This document shows positions 1 to 9,044 of a DNA stretch of 64,000 bases, one piece after another. Both the position numbers and the translations under genes were made by a program. The stretch's first letter is position 1. Every line of letters begins with the position of its first letter. Source of the stretch: an uncultured Chromatiales bacterium (GTDB taxonomy: Bacteria > Pseudomonadota > Gammaproteobacteria > CBFCYW01). The notes beneath the pieces are model-generated. The model was not told where the DNA came from. It did not search any database and was given only the letters and a program-made list of their open reading frames with translations. The stretch lies in the NCBI GenBank assembly GCA_965602395.1, contig CBFCYW010000006.1:5171-69170 (forward strand), given 5' to 3'.

Positions 1-468
1 CCGCATCTGGCCGGTTGGCAGCGGCCGGGGCCGGCGGATGCCGCCGCGGTGCAGGCCGCGCTGCGCGCCGCGGATGCCTGGCAGTTCCGCGCGCGGCGCG
101 TCGACAGCCTCTCCGGCGGCGAGCGGCTGCGCGTGCTGCTGGCCCGCGCGCTGGCCGGCGAGCCGCAACTGCTGCTCGCCGACGAGCCGGTGGCGGCGCT
201 CGATCCGGCGCACCAGATCGGCGTGATGGGCCTGCTGCGCGAGCGCGCCCGCGGCCAGCGCGGCGGCGTGGTGGTGCTGCACGATCTGACCCTGGCAGCG
301 CGCTATTGCGACCGCCTGCTGCTGCTCGATCGCGGCACGGTGGTCGCCGAGGGCCGGCCGCGCGAAGTGCTCACCGAAGAGTGCCTGGCGGCGGTCTACG
401 GCGTCCACGCCTGCATCGGCCACTCCGCCGATGGCGGCCTTTACGTGCTGCCGTGGAAGACGGTTTGA
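1..468 (+). CDS. ABC transporter ATP-binding protein, iron-siderophore/cobalamin type (5'-truncated by window edge)
   Basis: Frame open from base 1; LSGGE signature, LLLADEP Walker B/D-loop, LHDL H-loop, typical FecE/FepC-like C-terminus. Confidence 0.88.
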   Translation, partial: PHLAGWQRPGPADAAAVQAALRAADAWQFRARRVDSLSGGERLRVLLARALAGEPQLLLADEPVAALDPAHQIGVMGLLRERARGQRGGVVVLHDLTLAARYCDRLLLLDRGTVVAEGRPREVLTEECLAAVYGVHACIGHSADGGLYVLPWKTV

Positions 469-478
469 GCTCGCGACC

Positions 479-1132
479 TCAACTGCTGAGCAGTTCGATC
501 CAGTTATCCACCTGCGGGTAGGCGCCGCGCGTGCGCTGCGGGCGACGACTGTCCGGGCGGGCGATGCTCCACAGCTCGGCGATGCCGTAGTCGCGCGCCG
601 CGTCGAGCACCTGCTCGTTGTCATCGACGAACAGGGTGCGCGCCGGATCGAAACCGGTGGCCGCCTGCAAGCACTCCCAAAAGGCGCGCTCCTCCTTGGG
701 GTGGCCGAAGTCGTGGGCGCTGTAGATGCTGTCGAGCAGCGAGTCGAGGCCGGTGCGCGCCATCTTCAGTTCGATGGCGCCGTGGTGGGCGTTGGTGGCG
801 AGGATGCGCGGCAGACCGCGCGCGCCGAGCGCTTCGAGAAAGGCCTCGGTGCCGGGGCGGATGGCGATCAGGTGCTGTACGTCTCGTTTCAATGTGGCGA
901 TATCGAAACCCAGCTCACGACTCCAGTGATCGAGACAGTAGAATGGCAGTTTGCCGATCACCGCGGCGAAGCGTGGATGCAACAGTGCCTGCGCTTCCTC
1001 CGGTGGCAGCCCGTTGCGCTCGGCGTAGTGCCGCGGGACGTACTCCAGCCAGAAATGGTTGTCGAAGTGCAGATCCAGCAAAGTGCCGTCCAGATCCAGC
1101 AAGACCGTATCAATGCGCTGCCAGTCGATCAT
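479..1132 (-). CDS. yrfG: HAD-family GMP/IMP nucleotidase
   Basis: IDWQRIDTVLLDLDGTLLDLHFDNHFW N-terminus, TNAH, FVDD motif. Confidence 0.9.
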   Translation of the reverse strand: MIDWQRIDTVLLDLDGTLLDLHFDNHFWLEYVPRHYAERNGLPPEEAQALLHPRFAAVIGKLPFYCLDHWSRELGFDIATLKRDVQHLIAIRPGTEAFLEALGARGLPRILATNAHHGAIELKMARTGLDSLLDSIYSAHDFGHPKEERAFWECLQAATGFDPARTLFVDDNEQVLDAARDYGIAELWSIARPDSRRPQRTRGAYPQVDNWIELLSS

Positions 1133-1166
1133 CTCCCCCCCACCGGGTCACCTGTTGGCGGCCATC

Positions 1167-1871
1167 ATGGCGACCGCGCTGTGTCTGTCAATCGGGCCGC
1201 GCCCGGGGATCGCCGAAAGCACGGCGGCCGGCGATGGCGACGACCGCGAGTGGGGCGACTGGCCGCGCTGGGACGACGTCGGCGCCGAGCGCGCCACCGG
1301 CGAGGTCAACGAGGGCCGGCTGAGCTTTCTGCGCCAGCGCCCGGACGGCCGCCTGCACCACCACGCCAACCGCATCACCATCGCCGAGCAGAGCCTGCGC
1401 GACGGCTGGGTAGAGCTGCAACAGTGTCACGAGGGACTCGACCCGGTGCCGCGGCTGCAGATCGTCTACCACCCGCAACGGGTGCGCCGGTTGCGGGTCA
1501 CCGAGCAGCGCGACGTGCAGAGCGCCGAGGTGGTCGGCTCGCGGGTCGAGCTGCGCGGCGTCGGCCGCGACGCGCGGATCTGCATCAGCGCGCGCAGCCT
1601 GGCGCTGGTGGCCGGCGATGACGGCAGCTTCGTGCTGCGAAATGGACCTTTCATGCGCCGCTTTCTGGACGGCTTCTACCCGATGCGGGTATCGATGGCG
1701 GTTCGCTGGCCGACCGGCACGCTGCGGCTGGGCGGGGTGCAGCCGGCGGCGCAACCGGGCTTTCACGTCACTGAACAGCGTGACGGTGTCGACTTCGAAG
1801 CCCTGTTCGAGGGCCGCCTGTCGACGCGCATACACCTTTTTCCCTCTAGCGCCGCGTCCGCCGGGCGATAA
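1167..1871 (+). CDS. hypothetical exported protein
   Basis: GC3-rich ORF; signal-peptide-like N-terminus, HHH patch and two Cys in the mature part; start uncertain. Confidence 0.7.
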   Translation: MATALCLSIGPRPGIAESTAAGDGDDREWGDWPRWDDVGAERATGEVNEGRLSFLRQRPDGRLHHHANRITIAEQSLRDGWVELQQCHEGLDPVPRLQIVYHPQRVRRLRVTEQRDVQSAEVVGSRVELRGVGRDARICISARSLALVAGDDGSFVLRNGPFMRRFLDGFYPMRVSMAVRWPTGTLRLGGVQPAAQPGFHVTEQRDGVDFEALFEGRLSTRIHLFPSSAASAGR

Positions 1872-1931
1872 CCCGATCAAAGCCAATGAACAGCACGATT
1901 TTCACCGGGAGAGCGGACCTCCGCTGACGGC

Positions 1932-2747
1932 ATGCACATCGACGAACGGCGCTTGCGCCCACTGATTCTCGACGCTCTGGATATCGCCCGCCGCGCCGGC
2001 GTGCGCATTCTGGAGGTCTACGAGACCGGCTTCGAGATTCAGCAAAAATCCGACCAAACGCCGCTGACCAGTGCCGATCTGGCCGCCAACGAGCTGATCG
2101 TCGCCGCGCTGTCCAAAGTGGAGCCACTGCTGCCGGTGCTCAGCGAGGAATCCGCCGACGTGCCCTTCAGCGAGCGCTGCCAGTGGCGCAGCTACTGGCT
2201 GGTCGATCCGCTCGACGGCACCCGCGAGTTCATCAAGCGCAACGGCGAATTCTCCGTCAACATCGCCCTCATCGAGCGCGGCGAGCCGGTGCTCGGCGTG
2301 GTCTACGCGCCGGCGCTGAAAGTGGCCTATTACGCGGCGCGCGGCTTCGGCGCCTGGAAGCAGCGCGACGGCCAGCGCCCGCGGCAGATCTACGCGCGCA
2401 ACGCGGTGCCGCGGCGCAATGTCACGGTGGCGCGCAGCAACTCCAGCCCCGGGCCGGAGATGGAGGCCTTTCTGGAGAAGCTCGGCGAACATCAGGAGGT
2501 GGCGATGGGCGCGGCGCTGAAATCCTGCCTGGTGGCCGAGGGCCGCGCCGATGTCTACGCCCGCCTCGGCCCGACCTCCGAGTGGGACACCGGCGCCGCG
2601 CAGTGCATCGTCGAAGAGGCCGGCGGCATGATCATGGACACGCAGATGCGCGAGCTGAAATACAACACCAAGGATTCGCTGCTCAACCCGCACTTCTTCG
2701 TCATCGGCGACGCCGACCACAACTGGGCCAACTACCTGAAGAAGTGA
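1932..2747 (+). CDS. cysQ: 3'(2'),5'-bisphosphate nucleotidase CysQ
   Basis: PLTSADLAAN, LSEES, WLVDPLDGTREF, EWDTGAAQ inositol-monophosphatase-family motifs. Confidence 0.93.
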   Translation: MHIDERRLRPLILDALDIARRAGVRILEVYETGFEIQQKSDQTPLTSADLAANELIVAALSKVEPLLPVLSEESADVPFSERCQWRSYWLVDPLDGTREFIKRNGEFSVNIALIERGEPVLGVVYAPALKVAYYAARGFGAWKQRDGQRPRQIYARNAVPRRNVTVARSNSSPGPEMEAFLEKLGEHQEVAMGAALKSCLVAEGRADVYARLGPTSEWDTGAAQCIVEEAGGMIMDTQMRELKYNTKDSLLNPHFFVIGDADHNWANYLKK

Positions 2748-2765
2748 TCGCCCGGAAGGCGCCGC

Positions 2766-3794
2766 TCAGGCGTGCGGCGCCGGAAACGAGCGATAGTGCA
2801 ACGGGATCCGGCCGAGGCGCCGGTCGCGCGACGGCTGCAGGCCGAAGTGGCGGCGATAGACGCGGGCGAAATACTCCTGAGAGCTGAAACCGCAAGCGGT
2901 CGCCACCACCAGTAGCGGCATCTCGGTCTGGGTCACCAGACTGCGCGCGCGCTCCAGCCTGCTGGCCTGGTAATACTGCACTGCGGTGAGCCCGGTGTGG
3001 CTGCGGAACAGCCGCTCCAGCTGGCGCTGCGAGAGACCCGCGCGGCGGGCGATGGTGGCTACCGGCAGCGGGTTTTCCAGATTGCCCTCCATGCACACGA
3101 TGGCCTCGCGCAGCTTGGGTGGCGCGGCGTAGCCGACCGGCTCGTGATAGCTGGGCCGCTGGCTCTCGCCGCCGCCGCGCAGGCGCTCGTGGAAGATATA
3201 GCGCGCCGCGGCGTTGGCCAGATCGATGCCATCGCGCAGGCGGATCAGCTCCAGCGCCAGATCACCGCTGGCGTTGCCGCCGCAGCAGCTCAGCCGCGTG
3301 CCGTCGATGATGAACAGATCCTCGCAGGCGATCGCATCCGGGAACAGCTCGCGAAAGCTGGCGATGTGCTCGTAGTGCACCGTCGCCCGGCGGCCGGCGA
3401 GCAGCCCGGCGAAGGCGAGCAGAAAGGCGCCATTGTCGATGCCGCCCAGCGCCACGCCGGCGGCCGCGCGACGCTTCAGCCAACCGAGCAGGCGGGGGTC
3501 GCGGTAGTCCTCCGGGGCCCAGCTGGCGCTGACGAACAGCATGTCGATATCATCGCCGCAGCGCTCGAAAGGCTGCGTCTCGCCCAGTTTCATGCCATTG
3601 CTGGCCTGCACTGCGCCGCCCGCCAGCGACAGCAGCTGCCAGTCGTAGCGCGGTCGGTCGCCGAGGTAGTTGGCGGCGCGAAAGGGATCGAGCAGGGCGG
3701 TGGTGGCCATCAGGTTGAAGTTGGGCAACAGCAGCACCGCCATGCGCACGGGTGGTGTGGCGGCACATTCTGCGGAGGGCGGGGCAGTGGACAT
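2766..3794 (-). CDS. GlxA-family (GATase1-like + AraC HTH) transcriptional regulator
   Basis: LDPFRAANYL, ATVHYEH, C-terminal LSQRQLERLF and ACGFSSQEYFARVYRRHFG AraC HTH; divergent from the ABC operon. Confidence 0.92.
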   Translation of the reverse strand: MSTAPPSAECAATPPVRMAVLLLPNFNLMATTALLDPFRAANYLGDRPRYDWQLLSLAGGAVQASNGMKLGETQPFERCGDDIDMLFVSASWAPEDYRDPRLLGWLKRRAAAGVALGGIDNGAFLLAFAGLLAGRRATVHYEHIASFRELFPDAIACEDLFIIDGTRLSCCGGNASGDLALELIRLRDGIDLANAAARYIFHERLRGGGESQRPSYHEPVGYAAPPKLREAIVCMEGNLENPLPVATIARRAGLSQRQLERLFRSHTGLTAVQYYQASRLERARSLVTQTEMPLLVVATACGFSSQEYFARVYRRHFGLQPSRDRRLGRIPLHYRSFPAPHA

Positions 3795-3807
3795 AAGCGC
3801 GGCCGAT

Positions 3808-3839
3808 GGCGTAAAAATCCAGAATGTCGGCGAAATAAT
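3808..3839 (+). promoter_or_regulatory. candidate AraC-type operator (two half-sites, 21-bp period)
   Basis: GGCGTAAAAATCCAGAATGTCGGCGAAATAAT; 24/32 identical to 8938-8969. Confidence 0.55.
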
Positions 3840-3978
3840 ACTGTGCTCGCCAGGTTCGCTGCACTGGCCTGTGAGCGCCATCGCGGTCAGCACGACAGAA
3901 AAACACCCGCGACGCCGGTGGCTGCCGCCGCCGGAACAATCCCGATGACATGCGTCGTCGCACCCCGGAGGAAAGAAA

Positions 3979-4943
3979 ATGAGAACCAAAGGTTTCACTC
4001 TCGCGCCCGCTCTCGCCGCACTCGGCCTGCTCTGCGGCAGTGCCCAGGCCGCCAGCCTGGGTGCGGTCGATGAGCCGATCAAGCTGGCGATCAACGAATG
4101 GACCGGCCAGCACGTCTCCACCCACATCGCCGGGCGCATGCTCGAAGCCGCCGGCTACAAGGTCGAGTACACCACCGCCGGCTACATGAATATGTGGCAG
4201 GCGATCGCCGACGGCGAGATCCACGCCGCGATGGAGGTGTGGGAGTCCAACGTCTCCGACCAGTACGCCAAAATGCGCGACGCCGGCCAGCTGGAAGAAC
4301 TCTCCGATCTCGGTCTGAATGCCCGCGAGGGCATCGCCTACCCGGCCCACGTGGCCGACATCTGCCCGGCCTGCCGGACTGGCAGGCGCTGAAGAAGTGC
4401 GCCGGCCAGTTCGCCACCGCAGAGACCATCCCGCAGGGGCGGCTGGTGGATTACCCGGCCGATTGGGGCACGCCGGGCGCCGATCGGGTCAACGCGCTGG
4501 GCCTGCCGTTCAAAGCCGTGCCGGCCGGCTCCGAGGGCGCGCTGATCACCGAGATCCGCGCCGCGACGGAGAAAAAGAGCCCGCTGCTGATCACTTTCTG
4601 GCAGCCGCACTGGGCGATGTCCGCCTACGACATGCAGTGGGTGGCGCTGCCCGAGGGTGAGCCGGCCTGTTACGACGATGCCAGCTGGGGGCCGAACCCC
4701 AACGCCACCAGCGACTGCGACTTCCTGCCCGCGCGGATCTTCAAAGCCGGCTGGCCGGGGATCCGCGACAAGTGGCCGGCGGCGCATGAAATCCTCGTCA
4801 ACTACAGCCTCTCCACCGAGGCCCAGCAGCCGATGATGGGCGCCGTGGATGTGGACGGCGAAAATGTCGAAGCCGTCGTCTCCGCCTGGATGAGCGCCAA
4901 CGAGGGCAGCTGGAAGCCGGTCGTCGAAGCCGCCACTCAATAG
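3979..4943 (+). pseudogene. glycine betaine/choline-type ABC substrate-binding protein (OpuAC/ProX family), 1-nt frameshift near 4368-4370
   Basis: Signal peptide and EWTGQ...EVWE in ORF 3979-4392 continue as LPDWQALKKC...FWQPHW in ORF 4098-4943; TGC CCG GC CTG lacks one G of CCG GGC; may be a sequencing error. Confidence 0.8.
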
Positions 4944-4946
4944 CCG

Positions 4947-6020
4947 ATGGCCACGCAAGACCCGCGAGCGCCCGCGGCGATCTCCTGCAGCGGCGTCTGG
5001 CAGGTGTTCGGCGGCGATGCCCGGGCCGCACTGGCCCGGGCGCTGCAGGACTGCGCTGGCGATGCCCGCGCCGCCGCCGCACAGCTGCGCGAATCCGGCC
5101 TGACGGCAGCGGTGCAGGATGCCAGCTTCGAGGTCGCCGAGGGCGAGCTGTTCGTCATCATGGGCCTGTCCGGCTCCGGCAAATCGACGCTGGTGCGCTG
5201 TATCTCCAACCTGTTGCACGCCACCGGCGGCGAGATCCGCATCGCCGGCGAAAACATCGTCGCAGCCAGCAAGCAGCGGCTGATCGAGCTGCGCCGCGAA
5301 AAGCTCGGCATGGTCTTTCAGCACTTCGGCCTGTTTCCGCACATGACCGTGGCGGAGAACGTCGCCTTCCCGCTCAAGGTCAAGGGCTCGGGCAGGGCCG
5401 AGCGCCAGCGGCGGGCGCTGGAAGTGATCGAACTGGTCGGCCTGGCCGGCCGTGAAAACGCCTATCCGCGCGAGCTGTCCGGCGGCCAGCGCCAGCGCGT
5501 CGGCATCGCCCGCAGCCTGGCGGTGAACCCGGACATCTGGTTCCTCGACGAGCCCTTCTCGGCGCTGGACCCGCTGATCCGCCGCCAGCTGCAGGACGAA
5601 TTCCTCAACATTCAGGCCAACCTGAAAAAATCCATCGTCTTCATCACCCACGACATCACCGAGGCACTGAAGCTGGCGGATCGCATCGCCATCATGCGCG
5701 ACGGCGAAATCGTGCAGATCGGCACCCCGGCGGAGATCGTGCTCGCGCCGGTGGATGACTACGTGCGCGAATTCTCCAAGGATGTCGCCAAGGGCCGTCA
5801 CGCCTGTGTCGAATCGGTGATGCAGCGCGATCACAGCCCCCCGGTGCAGATGCCCGACGACCCCGGCGTGCGCGCCGACATGACGCTGGATGCGGCGCTG
5901 GCCGCCTGCATGTCGCTGTACCAGCCGGTGCCGGTGCGCGATGCCAGTGGCCGCCAGGTGGGCTATGTGCGCCCGCAGGACCTGGCCGCCGCCCTCAACA
6001 GCGATGATGATCAGCCATGA
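4947..6020 (+). CDS. betaine/proline-type ABC transporter ATP-binding protein (ProV/OpuAA family)
   Basis: GLSGSGKS Walker A, LSGGQRQRVGIAR, DEPFSALDPLIRR. Confidence 0.93.
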   Translation: MATQDPRAPAAISCSGVWQVFGGDARAALARALQDCAGDARAAAAQLRESGLTAAVQDASFEVAEGELFVIMGLSGSGKSTLVRCISNLLHATGGEIRIAGENIVAASKQRLIELRREKLGMVFQHFGLFPHMTVAENVAFPLKVKGSGRAERQRRALEVIELVGLAGRENAYPRELSGGQRQRVGIARSLAVNPDIWFLDEPFSALDPLIRRQLQDEFLNIQANLKKSIVFITHDITEALKLADRIAIMRDGEIVQIGTPAEIVLAPVDDYVREFSKDVAKGRHACVESVMQRDHSPPVQMPDDPGVRADMTLDAALAACMSLYQPVPVRDASGRQVGYVRPQDLAAALNSDDDQP

Positions 6021-8068
6021 GCACGAGCGACTGGTGGGCTGATCGCAGCGCCGGAGTGCGCGCCGCGCTGCTGGTGTCGCTGACCGGCGCGCTGTGTCTG
6101 CTGCTGGAATCCTCGCTGCCCTGGCTGGTGAGCTGGCCGCAGGCCTGGACGCTGCCGGCGGCGCAGTGGATCGGCGACGGCCTCGGCTGGCTGCTGGGCG
6201 GGCTGAAGCCGCTGGCGCGATTTTTCTCCGAGCTGCTGGCCCACCCCATGGACTGGGCCAACGCGCTGCTCAACGCCACCCCCTGGCCGCTGCTGATCGG
6301 CCTGACCACGGCGCTGGGCTGGTACCTCGGCGGTATCGGCATGGCGACGATGGCGCTGCTCGGGCTGGGCTTCGTGCTCGCCTCCGGCTACTGGACGCAG
6401 GGCATGAATACCCTCGCGCTGGTGGCGGTATCGGTGCCGCTGGCGCTGCTCAGCGGCCTGCTGATCGGCATCCTCGCCAATGAGTTCCCACGCTTCAAAA
6501 GCCCGGTGCAGACCCTGCTCGACGTGATGCAGACGGTGCCCACCTTTGCCTATCTGACCCCGCTGCTGCTGCTGTTTGGCTTCGGCCCGGTGGTCGGGCT
6601 GATCGCCTCGGCGATCTACGCCGCGCCACCCATGGCGCGCAATGTGCTCCTCGGCCTGGAGCGGGTCGACAGCGAAGTCCGCGAGGCGGCGCTGATGAGC
6701 GGCGCCAATCGCCTCCAGCAGCTGTTTCTGGTGGAGCTGCCGGCGGCGGCCACGCAGATCATGGTGGGTGTCAACCAATGCCTGATGGCAGCGCTGTCGA
6801 TGGTGATCATCGCGGCGGTGATCGGCGGCTTCAACGACATCGGCTGGGAGGTGTTGCTGACCATGCGCAAGGCGCAGTTCGGCCAGAGCCTGATGGCCGG
6901 GCTGGTGATCGTGGTCTTCGCCGTGCTCATCGACCGCATGAGCGGCGCCCTGGCCAGCGAGCGCCGGCGCCACGATCTGCGCGTCGTCTGGGGCCTGCTC
7001 GGGTTTACCGCGCTGGCCACGCTGCTGAGCTGGAACGGGCTGCCGGATGCCGCCGAGCTGCGCCTGCTGGACGGCGCCGCAGCCGCGGTGGATGCCGGTC
7101 TCGGTAAATTCACCGCCGATTACGGCGCGGCGCTGGACAGCCTCAAGAACGGGGTGATGTTCTACGCCCTGCTGCCGCTGCGCATCGGGCTGGATCAGTC
7201 CGTGCTGCCCTTCACCTGGGGCTTTCAGTGGACCGCGGCGATGAGCTACGGCCTGTTCGCCGCCGCCGCCGCCATCGCCGTGCTGCTGGCCTGGCGCGGC
7301 GCGGCGCTGGCCGGGCTGCTGCTGCTGATCGCCGTCGGGGTGATCGAAACCGGCGTCGCCGAACTGCCCTGGCCCTTCGTGCTGGCGGCGGTGGTGGCGC
7401 TGGGCCGGGTGGCCGGCGGCTGGCGATTGGCGATCTTCGCCCTGCTGATGCTCGCCAGCCTGTTGCTCGCCGGGCTGTGGGAGCGGGCGCTGCTGTCGCT
7501 GTACCTGTGCAGCGCGGCGGTGCTGGCCTGCGCCCTGTGCGGCGGCGCGCTGGGCCTGCTCTGCGCGCTCAACCCGCTGGCCTGGCGGCTGCTGCGGCCG
7601 GTTTGCGACATGCTGCAAACCATCCCGCTGTTCGTGTTTCTGATCCCGGTGCTGATGTTTTTCCAGATCGGCGAGTTCTCCGCCTTTCTGGCGATCTGCG
7701 CCTACGCCATCGTGCCGATGATCCGCTACACCCGGCACGGACTGGTGAGCACCCCGCCCGAGCTGATCGAGGCCGCGGTCTGCTCCGGCGCCACCGAGTG
7801 GCAGATCATGCGCGAGGTGCGCGCCCCCTACGCTGCGCCGACCATCCTGCTGGGCCTCAACCAGACCATTCTCTATGCCTTCGCGATGCTGGTGATCGCC
7901 GCGCTGATCGGCACCACCGGGCTGGGCCAGTCGATCTATCTGGCGCTGGGTCAGGCGGATATCGGCCTGGGCATCACCGCCGGCGCCGCGATGGCGATTC
8001 TCGCCCTGGTGGCGGATCGGCTGGTGCAGGGCTTCGCTCGGGAGCGTCGCCAGGCACTGGGTCTGTAG
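6017..8068 (+). CDS. betaine-type ABC transporter permease with two fused ProW-like domains
   Basis: Two copies of the ProW motif set (LDVMQTVPTFAYL / CDMLQTIPLFVFL; EAALMSGAN / EAAVCSGAT; GVNQ / GLNQ). Confidence 0.9.
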   Translation: MSTSDWWADRSAGVRAALLVSLTGALCLLLESSLPWLVSWPQAWTLPAAQWIGDGLGWLLGGLKPLARFFSELLAHPMDWANALLNATPWPLLIGLTTALGWYLGGIGMATMALLGLGFVLASGYWTQGMNTLALVAVSVPLALLSGLLIGILANEFPRFKSPVQTLLDVMQTVPTFAYLTPLLLLFGFGPVVGLIASAIYAAPPMARNVLLGLERVDSEVREAALMSGANRLQQLFLVELPAAATQIMVGVNQCLMAALSMVIIAAVIGGFNDIGWEVLLTMRKAQFGQSLMAGLVIVVFAVLIDRMSGALASERRRHDLRVVWGLLGFTALATLLSWNGLPDAAELRLLDGAAAAVDAGLGKFTADYGAALDSLKNGVMFYALLPLRIGLDQSVLPFTWGFQWTAAMSYGLFAAAAAIAVLLAWRGAALAGLLLLIAVGVIETGVAELPWPFVLAAVVALGRVAGGWRLAIFALLMLASLLLAGLWERALLSLYLCSAAVLACALCGGALGLLCALNPLAWRLLRPVCDMLQTIPLFVFLIPVLMFFQIGEFSAFLAICAYAIVPMIRYTRHGLVSTPPELIEAAVCSGATEWQIMREVRAPYAAPTILLGLNQTILYAFAMLVIAALIGTTGLGQSIYLALGQADIGLGITAGAAMAILALVADRLVQGFARERRQALGL

Positions 8069-8079
8069 CGGGCTCGCGG

Positions 8080-8946
8080 GTGCGCCCCGAGGCACTGGCG
8101 CTGATCGCCGCGATCCTCTGGGGTATCTGGTGGATACCCATCCGCCATCTGGAATCCCTCGGCGCGCACAGCGTGTGGGGTGGCATCGCCATGAGCGCCG
8201 GCGGGCTCGCGGCCGTCGGCCTGTGGCTGCTGCTGCGCCGCGGCTCGCTGCGCATCGACTGGCGCAGCCTGCTGGGCGCGGCGCTGGTGGGGGTCGCGGT
8301 GACCACCTATTCCACCGCCCTCAATCACGCCGACGTGGTGCGGGTGATCCTGCTGTTCTACCTGGCGCCGGCCTGGGGCAAGCTGATCGAGTGGGCGCTG
8401 CTGGGCCATCGCTGGGGCTGGTCGAGCAGCCTGGCGCTGGCCGCCGCGCTCGGCGGCGCGCTGCTGGTGCTCGGCGGCGAGGTCTCGCTGCAGGCGCTGG
8501 GAGTGGGCGATGTGCTGGCGATCCTGTCCGGCATGGCCTGGGCCGCCGGGGCGGCGCTGATGTTCATCGGCGGCGGCGCCAGCCCGGCCGCGCTGACCCT
8601 GGCCACCTGTGCCAGCGGCGTGCTCACCGGGCTGCTCTACGCGGCGCTGGCGGGGGTCGCCATCGCCGCCGATCCGATGCCCATCGCCGCCGCCGGGCTG
8701 GCCTACGGCGGGCTGTACCTGGTGCCCATCTGCATGCTCACCCTGTGGAGTGCGCAGCGCCTGTCGCCGGCCACCATCAGTTTTATCCTCACCGCGGAGA
8801 TCATCTCCGGGGTGCTCTCCGGGGTGCTGCTGCTGGATGAACCCTTCGGTCCGATGCAGGCCGCCGGCGCGCTGCTGATCGTGCTCGGGGCGAGTATCGA
8901 GATGATCGCCGCGCGAGGGATTTCGCCGCAAGCATCCGGCGAATAA
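8080..8946 (+). CDS. DMT/EamA-family transporter
   Basis: About 10 hydrophobic segments, LLFYLAPAW; GTG start 11 nt after permease stop. Confidence 0.85.
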   Translation: MRPEALALIAAILWGIWWIPIRHLESLGAHSVWGGIAMSAGGLAAVGLWLLLRRGSLRIDWRSLLGAALVGVAVTTYSTALNHADVVRVILLFYLAPAWGKLIEWALLGHRWGWSSSLALAAALGGALLVLGGEVSLQALGVGDVLAILSGMAWAAGAALMFIGGGASPAALTLATCASGVLTGLLYAALAGVAIAADPMPIAAAGLAYGGLYLVPICMLTLWSAQRLSPATISFILTAEIISGVLSGVLLLDEPFGPMQAAGALLIVLGASIEMIAARGISPQASGE

Positions 8947-8969
8947 GTACAGAATCTCGACGAAAAAGT
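8938..8969 (+). promoter_or_regulatory. candidate AraC-type operator upstream of the sulfatase operon
   Basis: GGCGAATAAGTACAGAATCTCGACGAAAAAGT, same motif as 3808-3839; -10-like TAGTCT at 8995-9000. Confidence 0.55.
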
Positions 8970-9044
8970 GACGAATTCCCCCAATCCACTGGACTAGTCT
9001 GGCTCCACGACGGCCGTTTGCCGCCATCCTCCAGAGCCAGGCTA

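Noticed and set aside
3979-4943. Programmed ribosomal frameshift in the binding-protein gene
   Set aside because: No slippery heptamer and no precedent known to me in this family; a simple indel is more parsimonious
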